Shown here: positions 54,754-64,000 of the stretch, piece after piece | Position numbering within the stretch: the first letter of the stretch is position 1 | Layout of the letters: every line of letters begins with the position of its first letter | Assembly (NCBI GenBank): GCA_965644315.1 | Contig: CBFFRQ010000065.1 | Span: forward strand, 124,001 to 188,000 | Length of the DNA stretch: 64,000 nt | Direction: 5' to 3' | DNA from: Caecitellus pseudoparvulus | Taxonomy: Eukaryota > Protista > Bigyra: Bicosoecida | Notes under the pieces: generated by a model | What the model was told of the DNA's origin: nothing | The model's input: the letters and a program-made list of their open reading frames with translations, nothing else | The model's database searches: none | Translations under genes and position numbers: made by a program

Positions 54754-57700
54754 TCAAGGCAGCCCTGCCCCAGTTGCTGCGGTGCGCCCCACGCCCGCTA
54801 AGGCACCTTGCAACCTTGTGATTTCAACACGAAGGATGCCTAGTGAGGCCTTATTCTTTGCAAGAGTGGCCTCTGCCTCTGCTCGAGTCATGGTGGGGCC
54901 AGCGGGGGTGGTGGCACCACTTGATCTGCGCCCTCCGCGGCTGCTGTGACGCGAGGCAGCTGTGCCAGGGCGACCGGTGGTGGCGCCGGCATCCAAGGCT
55001 CGTGCCTTCTTCTGCAGGCGGAGCTGGGCAACTTCCTGGCGGAGCTCTGCGATTTCCTTGATGAGGCTCATGTTCTCCTGCATGATGCGCACGTTCTCCG
55101 CCCGGTTCGCGAGGGAGTCCTTGGACACTTTGGACTTGAGGGCGGAAACAGACTTGCCCAGGTAGTCCTTTTGGCGGTCAAACTCGCTGACAATGGCGGC
55201 ATCTGCGACCTTCAAAGACATGCCATGGGGAACGTACTTGCGGTAGAGCGCAGAAAACTCCCGCTTCAGCGCGGCCTCATCCAGAATGTGCGTTGACACC
55301 GCCTGCAGGTCAGAGTGGAAATCGTTCAGCTGCGTCTGCATGCGAGTGTTCACTGCACGCTGCTGAGACAAGCCCCCTTGCAGTTCCTCGAGCTGCTTGC
55401 GGAGAGCGCCGATCATGCCATCCAGCTCCGCATTGGACTTGTGGAACGCCTCCAGCTCACCGTCCACTTGCTTGATTTGCTCCCGCATCGCTGCGATTTC
55501 CGACTCCCGCGGCTCGATCTGCCGCTTCAACTCGCGAATCTTGAAATCCAAGACGAATTTGAACTTCTCCAGCTCCTGGTTGCGCTTCTTGAGCTCGTAG
55601 ATCTGCCGCTCCTTCTCTGTGATATGGGCCTCCTTCTCAGCCGTCATGCTGGCGAGGACTTCGATCTCCTTGTCAAAGCTTGCGGTGCGCAGGGACAGGG
55701 CTTTCATGTTCTCTTCCAGTGAGAGCAGCTCTTCCTCTTGCTTTTCAATGTCCCCCTTGAGTGTCGCGAACTTCTTTGACATGATGCCGTGCTCGCTCTT
55801 GCAGCGCAGGATGAGGTTGTGCTGCGCAGTCAGCTTCTCCTCGTACATGCGCCGCATGGCTTCAGTCTCCTCATCCAGGTCTTCCTGCATCTGCTTCTTC
55901 GTCTCGCTCCAGTCTTGCTGCGTGCCTTCTTTTGTGCGCTGCAGTTCCATGCGTCGCTCCCGCGCCTCTGACAGCTCCTTCTCCAGTGCCGCTCGCACCT
56001 CTTCCAGGGTGCTGGCATGCGTAGACAAGATGTGCGCACGCTTCTCGCGGTGTGCTTCAGTCGCTGCGCGGCACTCCGCCTCCAGCTGCTGGTACCGCTC
56101 GACTTCGTCCATGATCTGCTCCTGGTACATGCCTTCCCGCTTCTGGCATTCCGAGCGGTGAGCCACTTCCATCGCTGCGATGCGTTCGCCGAACTCCCGC
56201 TCAAGGTCCACTTTCTCCTCTGCCAGCAAGTCAAATTGCTGCCGTTCCTGCTCCAGCTCTGACGTGTACCGCTCAGTGACCTTCTTCATGTCTTCTTGAA
56301 AGGCAATTTCCCGCATGCGCAGGGCATACTCGTTGTTGGACCGCAGCTCCTCCTGTGCTTCTTCGAGCTCTGCGATGGCTGCAGCCATGTCCTCCAGGTC
56401 GGAGCGGGTGACGAGAATTTCATCTGACCAGGGAATGCGCGCGCCGGCGTCTCGCAAGGGCATGCGACCATCTTTGTCTCTTACTTCGAAGACGAGCAAG
56501 GCGCCGTCCGCGCCAGCAGCGAAGAGGTGCGTCGCGTCATGCGACAGCGCCATGCGGGTGATGGGGCCAGATGCAGCTGGGTAAGACATGCGTTCAGCTC
56601 CTTCTTGTGCCAGGGGCTGCATGTACGAAAAGACATTGCCCACTCGCTGGGAGGCCGACGAGCCAGCGAAGAGGAAGTTGCCCACGCTGGAGGTGGCAAC
56701 GGCCCCCAGCACGACGTCTGACGGCGCGAGTGTCGTGGCGTTGCCTTTGCTCACATCCACCTCTGTCAGCACAGAGTTGGAGCCCACTGCATACACAACT
56801 TTGGAGTCCTTGGAGAGCGCGGCGCAGGAGTACGCCACTTCCTTGTGTACGATGTCGTGTTTGCGTGAGCCGTCTTGGGCGGAATACTGGTACAGCCGCC
56901 CGTCTTCACCGGCGGTGAGGACAGTCAGGTCGTCCGGGGAAAACTGGATGCTCGTCACCAGGCCACCGTGCCCCCGCAGTGTGCACAGCAGCTCGCATGT
57001 GTAGGAGCTGAAGAGCTGGACGGTGCGCCCGTTTGCTGCTGCAAACACGGACCCGCCCCGTGTAAAGCGGGCTTCTCTGCAGTTCTTAATGTTCAGCTCT
57101 TTTGCGACACGGAGGTCGTCAAGGAGGATGTTGCAGTACCGCAGCTTGTCCGAAAAGCCCAGCAGCAAGTGCAGGCCAGATGGGTGGAAGGCAACACTCA
57201 GAGCTGTATCAGCGAACGCCCGGCACAGTTCCTGGCGCTTGTCGGCATAGTTCCACACGCGCACGGTGTTGTCGACTCCGGTGGTCACCACCAGGGGCTT
57301 GCGGATGCAGACATCCAGGCCCAGGATGGGGCAGCCTTCCACCGGCGCCACGCCGGGGGCGATGAACTTGCCGTGGGCAGGGCCGTGTGACGACGTCGCA
57401 AGGTCAGTGATGAGGGCGGAGTCTTCCTTGACGCGTGTCTGGGCGAAGTTCAGGCGCACGAGCTGGTTGGAGGCCAAGGCAACGCCCAGCCACTCCTCCG
57501 TCGGGCTGAGCGCGAGGTGGGTGATCATGTTGCCCTCCTCGTGCTCAGCGCGGCGAACGCGCACATTGCGCCGTGGAAACCAGCCTTCGCCCTCGGACGG
57601 CACCTGCTCAAAAACGCGCAGCCAGCCATTCGCCTGACCGATCACAAAGCCGTCCGAAAAGGCAGTCATGGCGGTGATTGGGGCGCCGTCGGCTGGGCTT

Positions 57701-58504
57701 TCCGGGAGCACGTGTGAGAACTCCTCCTTGGAGAACAGCAGGATCTCACCGGCGCTCGTGCCGACGAGGGAGGTCTCACCATCCAACCAGGTCATGGACG
57801 TGTAGTCTGCCGCCTCGCGCTCGTTGAACGCGGTGGTGTGTGGGATGACGGAGACCTTGCTGTCGTCCACGGTGAAGAACTTGAAGATGCCGTTGCCGCA
57901 CGCGGCGGCCTTGGTGTTGTTCAGGGGGTTGAAGGAAATGGAGTACATGGACATTGTGTCCATGGGGGAGGCTTGCACCCGCCCCACCACAGCCCCTGTG
58001 TCCAGGCGCCACACCACCACCTGCCAGTCAGGCTTGCCGCTGAGCCCCACGAGCAGGGCGTCGTTGGGCGAAAAGGACAGGGACACGAACTCGTTGGAGG
58101 CCACCTCCTCACAGTCCAGAGTCTTGGTGCGGTACAAGCGCCGAAGGTTGTACACGCCAACGACGCCCGCAGCACCGGCCTCTGCCAGTGCCACATACCG
58201 GCGGCTGCCGCTCACGGCGACCGCTGTGATGCCAGTGCTGGTTTCAGTGCCAGTGATGAACTCCTGCAGCCGCGTCTCTAGGTTGTGCTTCAGCACATGG
58301 TGCCCAGCTGGAAAGACGACTGTGGTTTCATCAGCAAAATGCACCCCACCGCGGGTGTCCCCCTTCAGGCCAAAGATGTGCCTGTGCGTGCGCAGGTGCC
58401 GCGTGATCGTGCAGGCCCACCGCCGGCAGTCTGCAGCTCATCGCTGCATGTTGGGGCCCCCATCAACGTCTGCGAACGCACCTGAAGTTCAATGTTGCTG
58501 CCAT
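54754..58504 (-). CDS. CFAP57: Cilia- and flagella-associated protein 57 (WDR65)
   Basis: Spliced start MAATLNF|RHIFGLKG; two WD40 propellers; LDVCIRKPLVVT; AFHPSGLHLLLGFSDKLR; EILVTRSDLE; coiled coil with YELKKRNQELEKFKFVLDFKIRELKRQIEPRE and IMQENMSLIKEI. Confidence 0.93.
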
Positions 58505-58733
58505 GACAAAGAAAGAGCGCTGTCTGCTGCGGTGCGGTCTCTGAAGTGCGGGAATCACTGCCAGATAAGGCTGGCGCCAACGTCGGTTTCTCGCAAAATC
58601 CGCAACCCGCCCAAACCTCGCAAGGGCGCGATTCGACCAGTTGGAACAGGAAGGCAGCACCTGAAAGCAGCCCACAGAGATGGTACATCACACTCCACAT
58701 GTTCATAAATTGTGGTTTCCCTGGAGTCGCTTC

Positions 58734-61700
58734 CTAGTCCAGGTTGCTGCCGTCTGGCAGCTGCAGCTGTGCGGGGGGCTTGCGGCGCGGGGCCGCGGGT
58801 GCAGCCTTCGTCACAGAGCCTGAGCCTGCTGCGGGGGGGGCCTGCACGACTACAGCCTTGGATGACGGCTTGTGCATGGTGGCCTGCTGCAGGAGCAGCT
58901 TCTCCAAGATGACGTCCTGCAAGGCAGAGGGCGGGGACGCCACGGAAAACAGCGTGATGTCCCCCTCGATGATCTCCCGCACCCCCGCGTCAGGCACGTC
59001 ACGCTCGGGGTCCCAAGCCCCGGGCTCTGCAGTGGACCTATCCGTGACGGCCTGCGCGATCTTGTCCGCCAGGCGACCCGACCCCTCAATGACAATCACG
59101 GGAATGCCCAGCTGGACGCACGTGCGGATCTCCTGCTGGCTAATGAAGCCCCCGTTGGCCAGCACTGCCACAGTCGGCAGGCGCCGGCGCAGGACGCACG
59201 CGACAGTGAACATGGTGGTGGTCTCACCACCCCACTCGCTGGTGGGCGTCAGGAAGAAGTTGCTGTGGTGGGGCTCCAGAGGCGCCTTGTCGCTGCCCAC
59301 TGCGGCGGCGTCCTCCTCCTCTTCGTCCGAGTCGGAGCTGGACTCCTCTGCCTTGGGCGTGGAGGCGGCGGAGGGCGAGGCGGAACCTACTCCATCGCGG
59401 TCGCTGCCAGCACGCAGGCGGCGTCGGCTCCCCCGCCCGCCTCCACGGCGACCTGCAGACGCAGCGCCGGAGGGCGACACAGACTTGGGTGTGCTGTCCC
59501 CCTCGCCATGCAGCTGCCGCAGCAGGCGGCGTTTGGACAGCGGCTTGGAGCGACGAGGGTACGTCACGAGGCCCCCGGGGCAGACCCCAAGCACACGCAA
59601 GGCAGAGGGGTGCACGCCCTCCAGCCCCTGCCCGATCATGCTCATGACGCCGGCATCGGTGCCGCCGTCCAGCACCATGCCACCCGCTGCCACGGCTGCA
59701 ACTGTGGCGCCTTTCTTCACCAGTCCTCGCAGGCGTGGCACGAGTAGATCGTGCAGCCCCCCCGCCCCCCCGAAGACGCACACCAGAGCACGGGGGCAAG
59801 AGAAGTACTTCTGGCGCAGGGCTTGCAGGCGCAGTGGCCCCGCTGCGAACACCTCCCCTGGCTTGCGCTCCACCCCCCTGCCGAAGGCGGAGAACTTCTG
59901 GGCGGCAGGGTCCACCTCAAGAGCTGCGCGCAAGGCTGCCTCCGTGGGAGGCGGCGGTGCTGGACGGGGCTCACGAGGGGCAGGCCGCCGCCCAGGCGCA
60001 CCTGGCCGGCGCTGCCCCCCTGGCCCGGAGGCCCGGTCCCGCGTCGGGCTGGGAGGTGGCAAGAGGTACGTGCCCTCCCGCCTCGCGTCAGCTTCCAGTC
60101 GCCGGGCGATGCTCAGCAGCCCCGCATCCGCCTCTTCGCCCTCGGGGGCAGTGATTCCCAGCTTTGGGTACAGCGCCTCCAGTCCTTGCCCCAGGTCTTG
60201 CCCCCGGATGGGCAGCGCCGCCAGCAGTTCCTTGCTGTGCGTGATGGGGATGGGCTGGGCCGACAGCTCGTCCACCTGCACACCCAGGCGCTTCAAGGCC
60301 CACTCAACCAGCAGCTCATCCTGCGTGTCACGGTGCAGGGCCCGGGGCAGGCGGACGACCTCCGCAGAGCGCCCCGTGTCGAAAAAGACTCTCGAGATCG
60401 GAGTGCTGCGGGCCATGCGCACATCCGGCGGCACAGCCTCCCCGCCCTCCTCCTCCTCCACCTCCTCGCCCACCTCAGACACCTGGGAGATCTCCTGGGC
60501 CAGGGCATCCTTGTGCGCAGCTGCGACGCGATCCAGCGCCGCCGAGGCTGCAGCCGTGTCCCTTGCGCCCTCAGCAGCACGCAGGGTGTCCTTCAACTTC
60601 AAGATGAACACTTGCCCAGTGCTGTCCCCGACCACAACTACGCCCAGCGTACCCTGGCCGTCCCCCATGCGCTGCATGCGCAGGGAGTGCTCGGTCAGGC
60701 TGCGCATGGAATCAAAGACGGCTTTGTTCGCCTCCGCGTCCATGCGGTGCCCTGCATCACGCACACCCCCTGACGACATGGGCGTGGACACCTCTCGGGG
60801 CGTCGCAGCCACCACCCGCTTGGCATGGTTCAGGCTGTGGGAAAGGATGGTGCTGGTGAGCGCCTGCAAACCTGGCACATGCGGCCCTGCCGCCATGAGC
60901 TCTCCCATGTCGGGAGGGCGCGTGGACAGCTCCCTGAACTGCTGCAGCATGGAGCCTGCGACGCCCCCGCTGCCAGGCGTCAGCAGCGGTGGCGCTGAGG
61001 CACTTGACCTGGTGGAGGAGGGCACCAGTGCTGGGCGGCCGCGACCTGCCCCACTCTCTGAGTGAGCTCCCATGCTACTGGGGGGCTGCTGCGGAATGGA
61101 ATCACCGTCTTTGCTTTCTGGGGAAGGTGCTGGGCCGCCAGACCCCGTGGCAGGCTCTGCCCACGGCAAGGCCCCCGGCCCCATGCCGATGGTCGTGACG
61201 CTGGCCGTGGTGAGGAATTGTGCCAGGGGGCCCAGGTGGGGCCTGGCAGGGTCTGAAATCGTCACGAGACGGTCTCGTGTCCCAGACACCAGCAGGCTGC
61301 CGTCGGCAGAGAAGCCCATCGCCGTTACCTCATGCCACTCCGCAGGGTCCAGGTCCTGCACCGGGCTGTCCTCGTCCCAGTCTGCCTCCGCCTCCTCCGC
61401 AGGCGCCCCTGCCCTGTCAGTCTCAGAGTCCTCGGAGTCTTCGTCCTCATCGTCCTCGTCCTCATCGTCCTCATCATCGTTCCCCCGGCGCTGGCGTGAG
61501 GCCCGCCTGGCAGCCCGGCGCGCCTCACGCTCCGCCCGCCGGCGCTTCTTGTCTTCGTACCGCTTCAGCTCCTTGGCGCGGGCCTGCTCGGTGGCAGCCA
61601 AGGCCTCCTCTTCAGACGTTGCAGTATATCGCCCGAAGCGGTTGGCCATGGATGCCCTCTGCCGGCGCTTCGCCTGGCGCTGGAAGGCGACCATGCCCCC

Positions 61701-64000
61701 GTTATCGCGCAGGAGCGGGGACTGGGGCCCCAGAGGGGCGCCCACAATGCCGTGCTTCTTGCTATCTTCAGACAGGCCAGCCTTTGCCCTGCTCTTGCGC
61801 TCTTGGGCCACGCGCCGCACCTCCCGCTCCAGGGCGTCGGCAGTGACAGGCAGGCCACCCGCGACGAGGGACGGCACGCCCAAGGACGCCAAATCCCCTG
61901 CACCGCCCAGGGAGTAGTCTCCAGCTGTCCGAGAGGTTGCGGCCAGTGCAACTGATGTCGCATCAAGCTCATCATCGTCCAGCTCCTCTGCACCACCTTC
62001 CTCTGCAAACGCTTCCATGGCTGACAACGTGTCAAGCGGCAGGGGCACCATGAGCTCCGGGTTGCCACAGGGCCCAACCGCAGCCCGCGTTGTCACATCC
62101 AAGTCCCACGCAGCCACGGCGACCCGTGCGGCATGGGGTGCCAGCGCGGCAGATCGAATGCACCTGCCTGTGTGCTTGAGAGGAATGTCCACCACAGCCA
62201 CGGTGGTGCCTCGGAAGAGGTCCCACGTCACCATGCGGCCGTCGTCTGACAGGGACGTGATGCGGTCAACGCCACCCTCCAGCACAGCCAAGGCAGCCCT
62301 TGCAGCGGCAGTTGCCCCCCCCGTGCCGTCGCCTTTGCCGGCTCGGCGAGGAGGTGTCCAACCAGGCACAGAGGCGATGGGGTCGTCGCCTGCACCGCTC
62401 AGCCGCGGATCATCCCAACCGCCTGGCTGGGATGCCACCACAGCCTGCTCCACGAGGAGAGGACCAATGCACTTGAGAGCGGCCCGCTCTGAAATGGCCT
62501 CCTCCTTCGCTCGTCGCTGGGTGCGGCTGCTGCGGCGCCTGGACGCAGAGGGGGTGTCAACGCCCTTGCCTCGTGCAGCCCCCGCAGAGGGGTCAGCGGA
62601 CTCAATAGAAGGCAGCACAGAGCCGTATGTGCCCTCCACTGCATCCAGTGGGAGCTTCTGCGTTACAGCAGGGTAGAGTTCTCGAAGAGCTGAGTGGGCG
62701 GCGGTGTCTCCCACGGCGCAGTGGGAAGACAATCCACTGGCACCCCCCGAGAATACCGTGCTCAAGATCTGATTGGCGGGCTGCAAGCCCTGCTCTCCCT
62801 CTGCATCCAGCCCTCCAAGCGGCACCAGCGGCAGGGAAGCCTCCAGAGAAGCCGCTGTGGGGCTGAGAGGTGTCACACCCTTGCCAGCGGCGGCAGCTGC
62901 TGCAGCCGCGACATCTTCCACGTTCACAGTGTTGGACCGAGGCTCGCCGTCCTGCTGGGCCAAGCCTTCGATGAGGGCGTGGGGTGGGTACATGTCAGAA
63001 GGCACAGGCTGGGGAGTGCCTCCTGGGATGAACGGCCCTTGGCGCTCTGAAGAACCTCCGAACGAAAAGGCTCGAGCGGAGCGAGTGGAGCTGGGCACTG
63101 CCGTGGGCGACGGCGGAACGCCGGCATCAGGCAGCGGCGGGAGGCCTCGCGGAGGTGGCATTCCGGCCTTGGGTGTCACTGTGGCCATGGTGTCGATGTG
63201 GTGCGGCTGCAGCAGCCCGGAATTTAATGGCGCAGGCCGCGCTTGGGGTGGTAGCGGCAGAGTGGCAGCTGCTGTGAAGGACATGGAGAGAATACTGGTG
63301 CTTGGTAAGTGCAGCTCGGGAGGTGGCGTCACTTCCCAAGGGCGACCATCCAGCGCCTTCCATGCCTTGAGGCTGCCATCTTGCCCTCCTGAAAGCACGA
63401 TCAAGCCGGTAGCCGCCGTGGGCGGCTTGGTACCAGGTGGAATGCGCACCACATCCACGACAGTGATGCATGTGATGGAGGTGCCAGGATGGGCATGCAC
63501 GGTGTGGTAGTGGTCAAAGTTCATACCGTTCCACATGAGCAGGTTGCCGTCTGCATCCCCTGACACAAACAAGCGCCGACAAGGCGTCATGTGCAGTGCT
63601 GTGATAGCAGCGTTGTGCCCCAGCAGGGTCAGAGTGTCACGCCCATCATCCGACACGTCCCACACCTTGAGAGTCTTGTCTGCAGACCCTGTAATCGCGA
63701 CTTGGCCATCCACAGACACCACCGACGCAGTGACGCTGTCAGCATGGGAGCCTGACAGCACCCGCGTCTGGTCCCGTGTCACGGACGCAGCGATGGGGGA
63801 CAGCGACTCTTCGTCTTCCAAAAGAGGCACAACTGCCGGCTTCATCGTCTGCCTCCGCTGGCGACTTCCCTGCAGTGCTGACAAGGGCATGGCCTGGGAC
63901 AGGAGGGACTTTCGTCGCCTGTCCATGCGGGCGTCAGTGCTGCTGGGGGCTGCCGTGCCAAAGGCGCCCAGGGCTGCGAGGGATGACTGGCCTTGGTGCG
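58734..64000 (-). CDS. WD40-repeat protein with C-terminal SLOG (LSDAT/TRPM-N-terminal-like) domain; probably 5'-truncated
   Basis: Frame stays open upstream of the Met at 63926 to the window end. WD40 blades: ITGSADKTLKVWD, LGHNAAIT..VSGDADGNLLMWN, LSGGQDGSLKAW, SLSDDGRMVTWD, FSADGSLLVSGTRD. SLOG motifs: VFGGAGG, LDGGTDAGVM, VLGVCP, LEPHHSNF, WGGE, LANGG, GIPVIVIEGSGRLAD. Confidence 0.85.
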   Translation of the reverse strand, partial: HQGQSSLAALGAFGTAAPSSTDARMDRRRKSLLSQAMPLSALQGSRQRRQTMKPAVVPLLEDEESLSPIAASVTRDQTRVLSGSHADSVTASVVSVDGQVAITGSADKTLKVWDVSDDGRDTLTLLGHNAAITALHMTPCRRLFVSGDADGNLLMWNGMNFDHYHTVHAHPGTSITCITVVDVVRIPPGTKPPTAATGLIVLSGGQDGSLKAWKALDGRPWEVTPPPELHLPSTSILSMSFTAAATLPLPPQARPAPLNSGLLQPHHIDTMATVTPKAGMPPPRGLPPLPDAGVPPSPTAVPSSTRSARAFSFGGSSERQGPFIPGGTPQPVPSDMYPPHALIEGLAQQDGEPRSNTVNVEDVAAAAAAAAGKGVTPLSPTAASLEASLPLVPLGGLDAEGEQGLQPANQILSTVFSGGASGLSSHCAVGDTAAHSALRELYPAVTQKLPLDAVEGTYGSVLPSIESADPSAGAARGKGVDTPSASRRRSSRTQRRAKEEAISERAALKCIGPLLVEQAVVASQPGGWDDPRLSGAGDDPIASVPGWTPPRRAGKGDGTGGATAAARAALAVLEGGVDRITSLSDDGRMVTWDLFRGTTVAVVDIPLKHTGRCIRSAALAPHAARVAVAAWDLDVTTRAAVGPCGNPELMVPLPLDTLSAMEAFAEEGGAEELDDDELDATSVALAATSRTAGDYSLGGAGDLASLGVPSLVAGGLPVTADALEREVRRVAQERKSRAKAGLSEDSKKHGIVGAPLGPQSPLLRDNGGMVAFQRQAKRRQRASMANRFGRYTATSEEEALAATEQARAKELKRYEDKKRRRAEREARRAARRASRQRRGNDDEDDEDEDDEDEDSEDSETDRAGAPAEEAEADWDEDSPVQDLDPAEWHEVTAMGFSADGSLLVSGTRDRLVTISDPARPHLGPLAQFLTTASVTTIGMGPGALPWAEPATGSGGPAPSPESKDGDSIPQQPPSSMGAHSESGAGRGRPALVPSSTRSSASAPPLLTPGSGGVAGSMLQQFRELSTRPPDMGELMAAGPHVPGLQALTSTILSHSLNHAKRVVAATPREVSTPMSSGGVRDAGHRMDAEANKAVFDSMRSLTEHSLRMQRMGDGQGTLGVVVVGDSTGQVFILKLKDTLRAAEGARDTAAASAALDRVAAAHKDALAQEISQVSEVGEEVEEEEGGEAVPPDVRMARSTPISRVFFDTGRSAEVVRLPRALHRDTQDELLVEWALKRLGVQVDELSAQPIPITHSKELLAALPIRGQDLGQGLEALYPKLGITAPEGEEADAGLLSIARRLEADARREGTYLLPPPSPTRDRASGPGGQRRPGAPGRRPAPREPRPAPPPPTEAALRAALEVDPAAQKFSAFGRGVERKPGEVFAAGPLRLQALRQKYFSCPRALVCVFGGAGGLHDLLVPRLRGLVKKGATVAAVAAGGMVLDGGTDAGVMSMIGQGLEGVHPSALRVLGVCPGGLVTYPRRSKPLSKRRLLRQLHGEGDSTPKSVSPSGAASAGRRGGGRGSRRRLRAGSDRDGVGSASPSAASTPKAEESSSDSDEEEEDAAAVGSDKAPLEPHHSNFFLTPTSEWGGETTTMFTVACVLRRRLPTVAVLANGGFISQQEIRTCVQLGIPVIVIEGSGRLADKIAQAVTDRSTAEPGAWDPERDVPDAGVREIIEGDITLFSVASPPSALQDVILEKLLLQQATMHKPSSKAVVVQAPPAAGSGSVTKAAPAAPRRKPPAQLQLPDGSNLD

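Noticed and set aside
58744-61065. 773-aa + strand ORF, and similar long antisense ORFs (615-2411, 16997-17944, 57824-58708, 8149-8907)
   Set aside because: Shadow ORFs opposite real GC-rich genes, with no domain motifs.

Overview
Eukaryotic nuclear DNA, GC-rich (about 60-67% in coding regions by spot counts), very gene-dense, with short GT-AG introns. It is most likely a flagellated stramenopile/SAR protist. This is an inference from CFAP57, a nucleus-encoded Cox1 C-terminal peptide, a P4-ATPase-guanylyl cyclase fusion and a YSKKEG insertion in SHMT. Genes in order: TPP2 (5'-truncated), a lower-GC ~4.2 kb island (decayed ORF plus a His-Me-like/GPRGG basic-repeat gene) just upstream of tRNA-Thr(AGU), an FN3/WW protein, SHMT, Cox1-c, an atypical P450, NUDCD2-like, ATIC/PurH, a Nup58-like nucleoporin with Phe-free GLLG repeats, MMS19, NmrA-like, CSN4, V-ATPase F, a ~4,680-aa P4-ATPase-guanylyl cyclase chimera, EMC7, two head-to-head WrbA-type quinone reductases sharing a 390-bp inverted arm, kinesin-14, CFAP57, and a WD40-SLOG(LSDAT/TRPM-type) protein that probably continues past the window end. 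The best candidates for new biology are the flippase-cyclase chimera, the WD40-SLOG protein, the tRNA-adjacent island and the GLLG nucleoporin. All family calls come from motif recognition by eye; no database searches were run.
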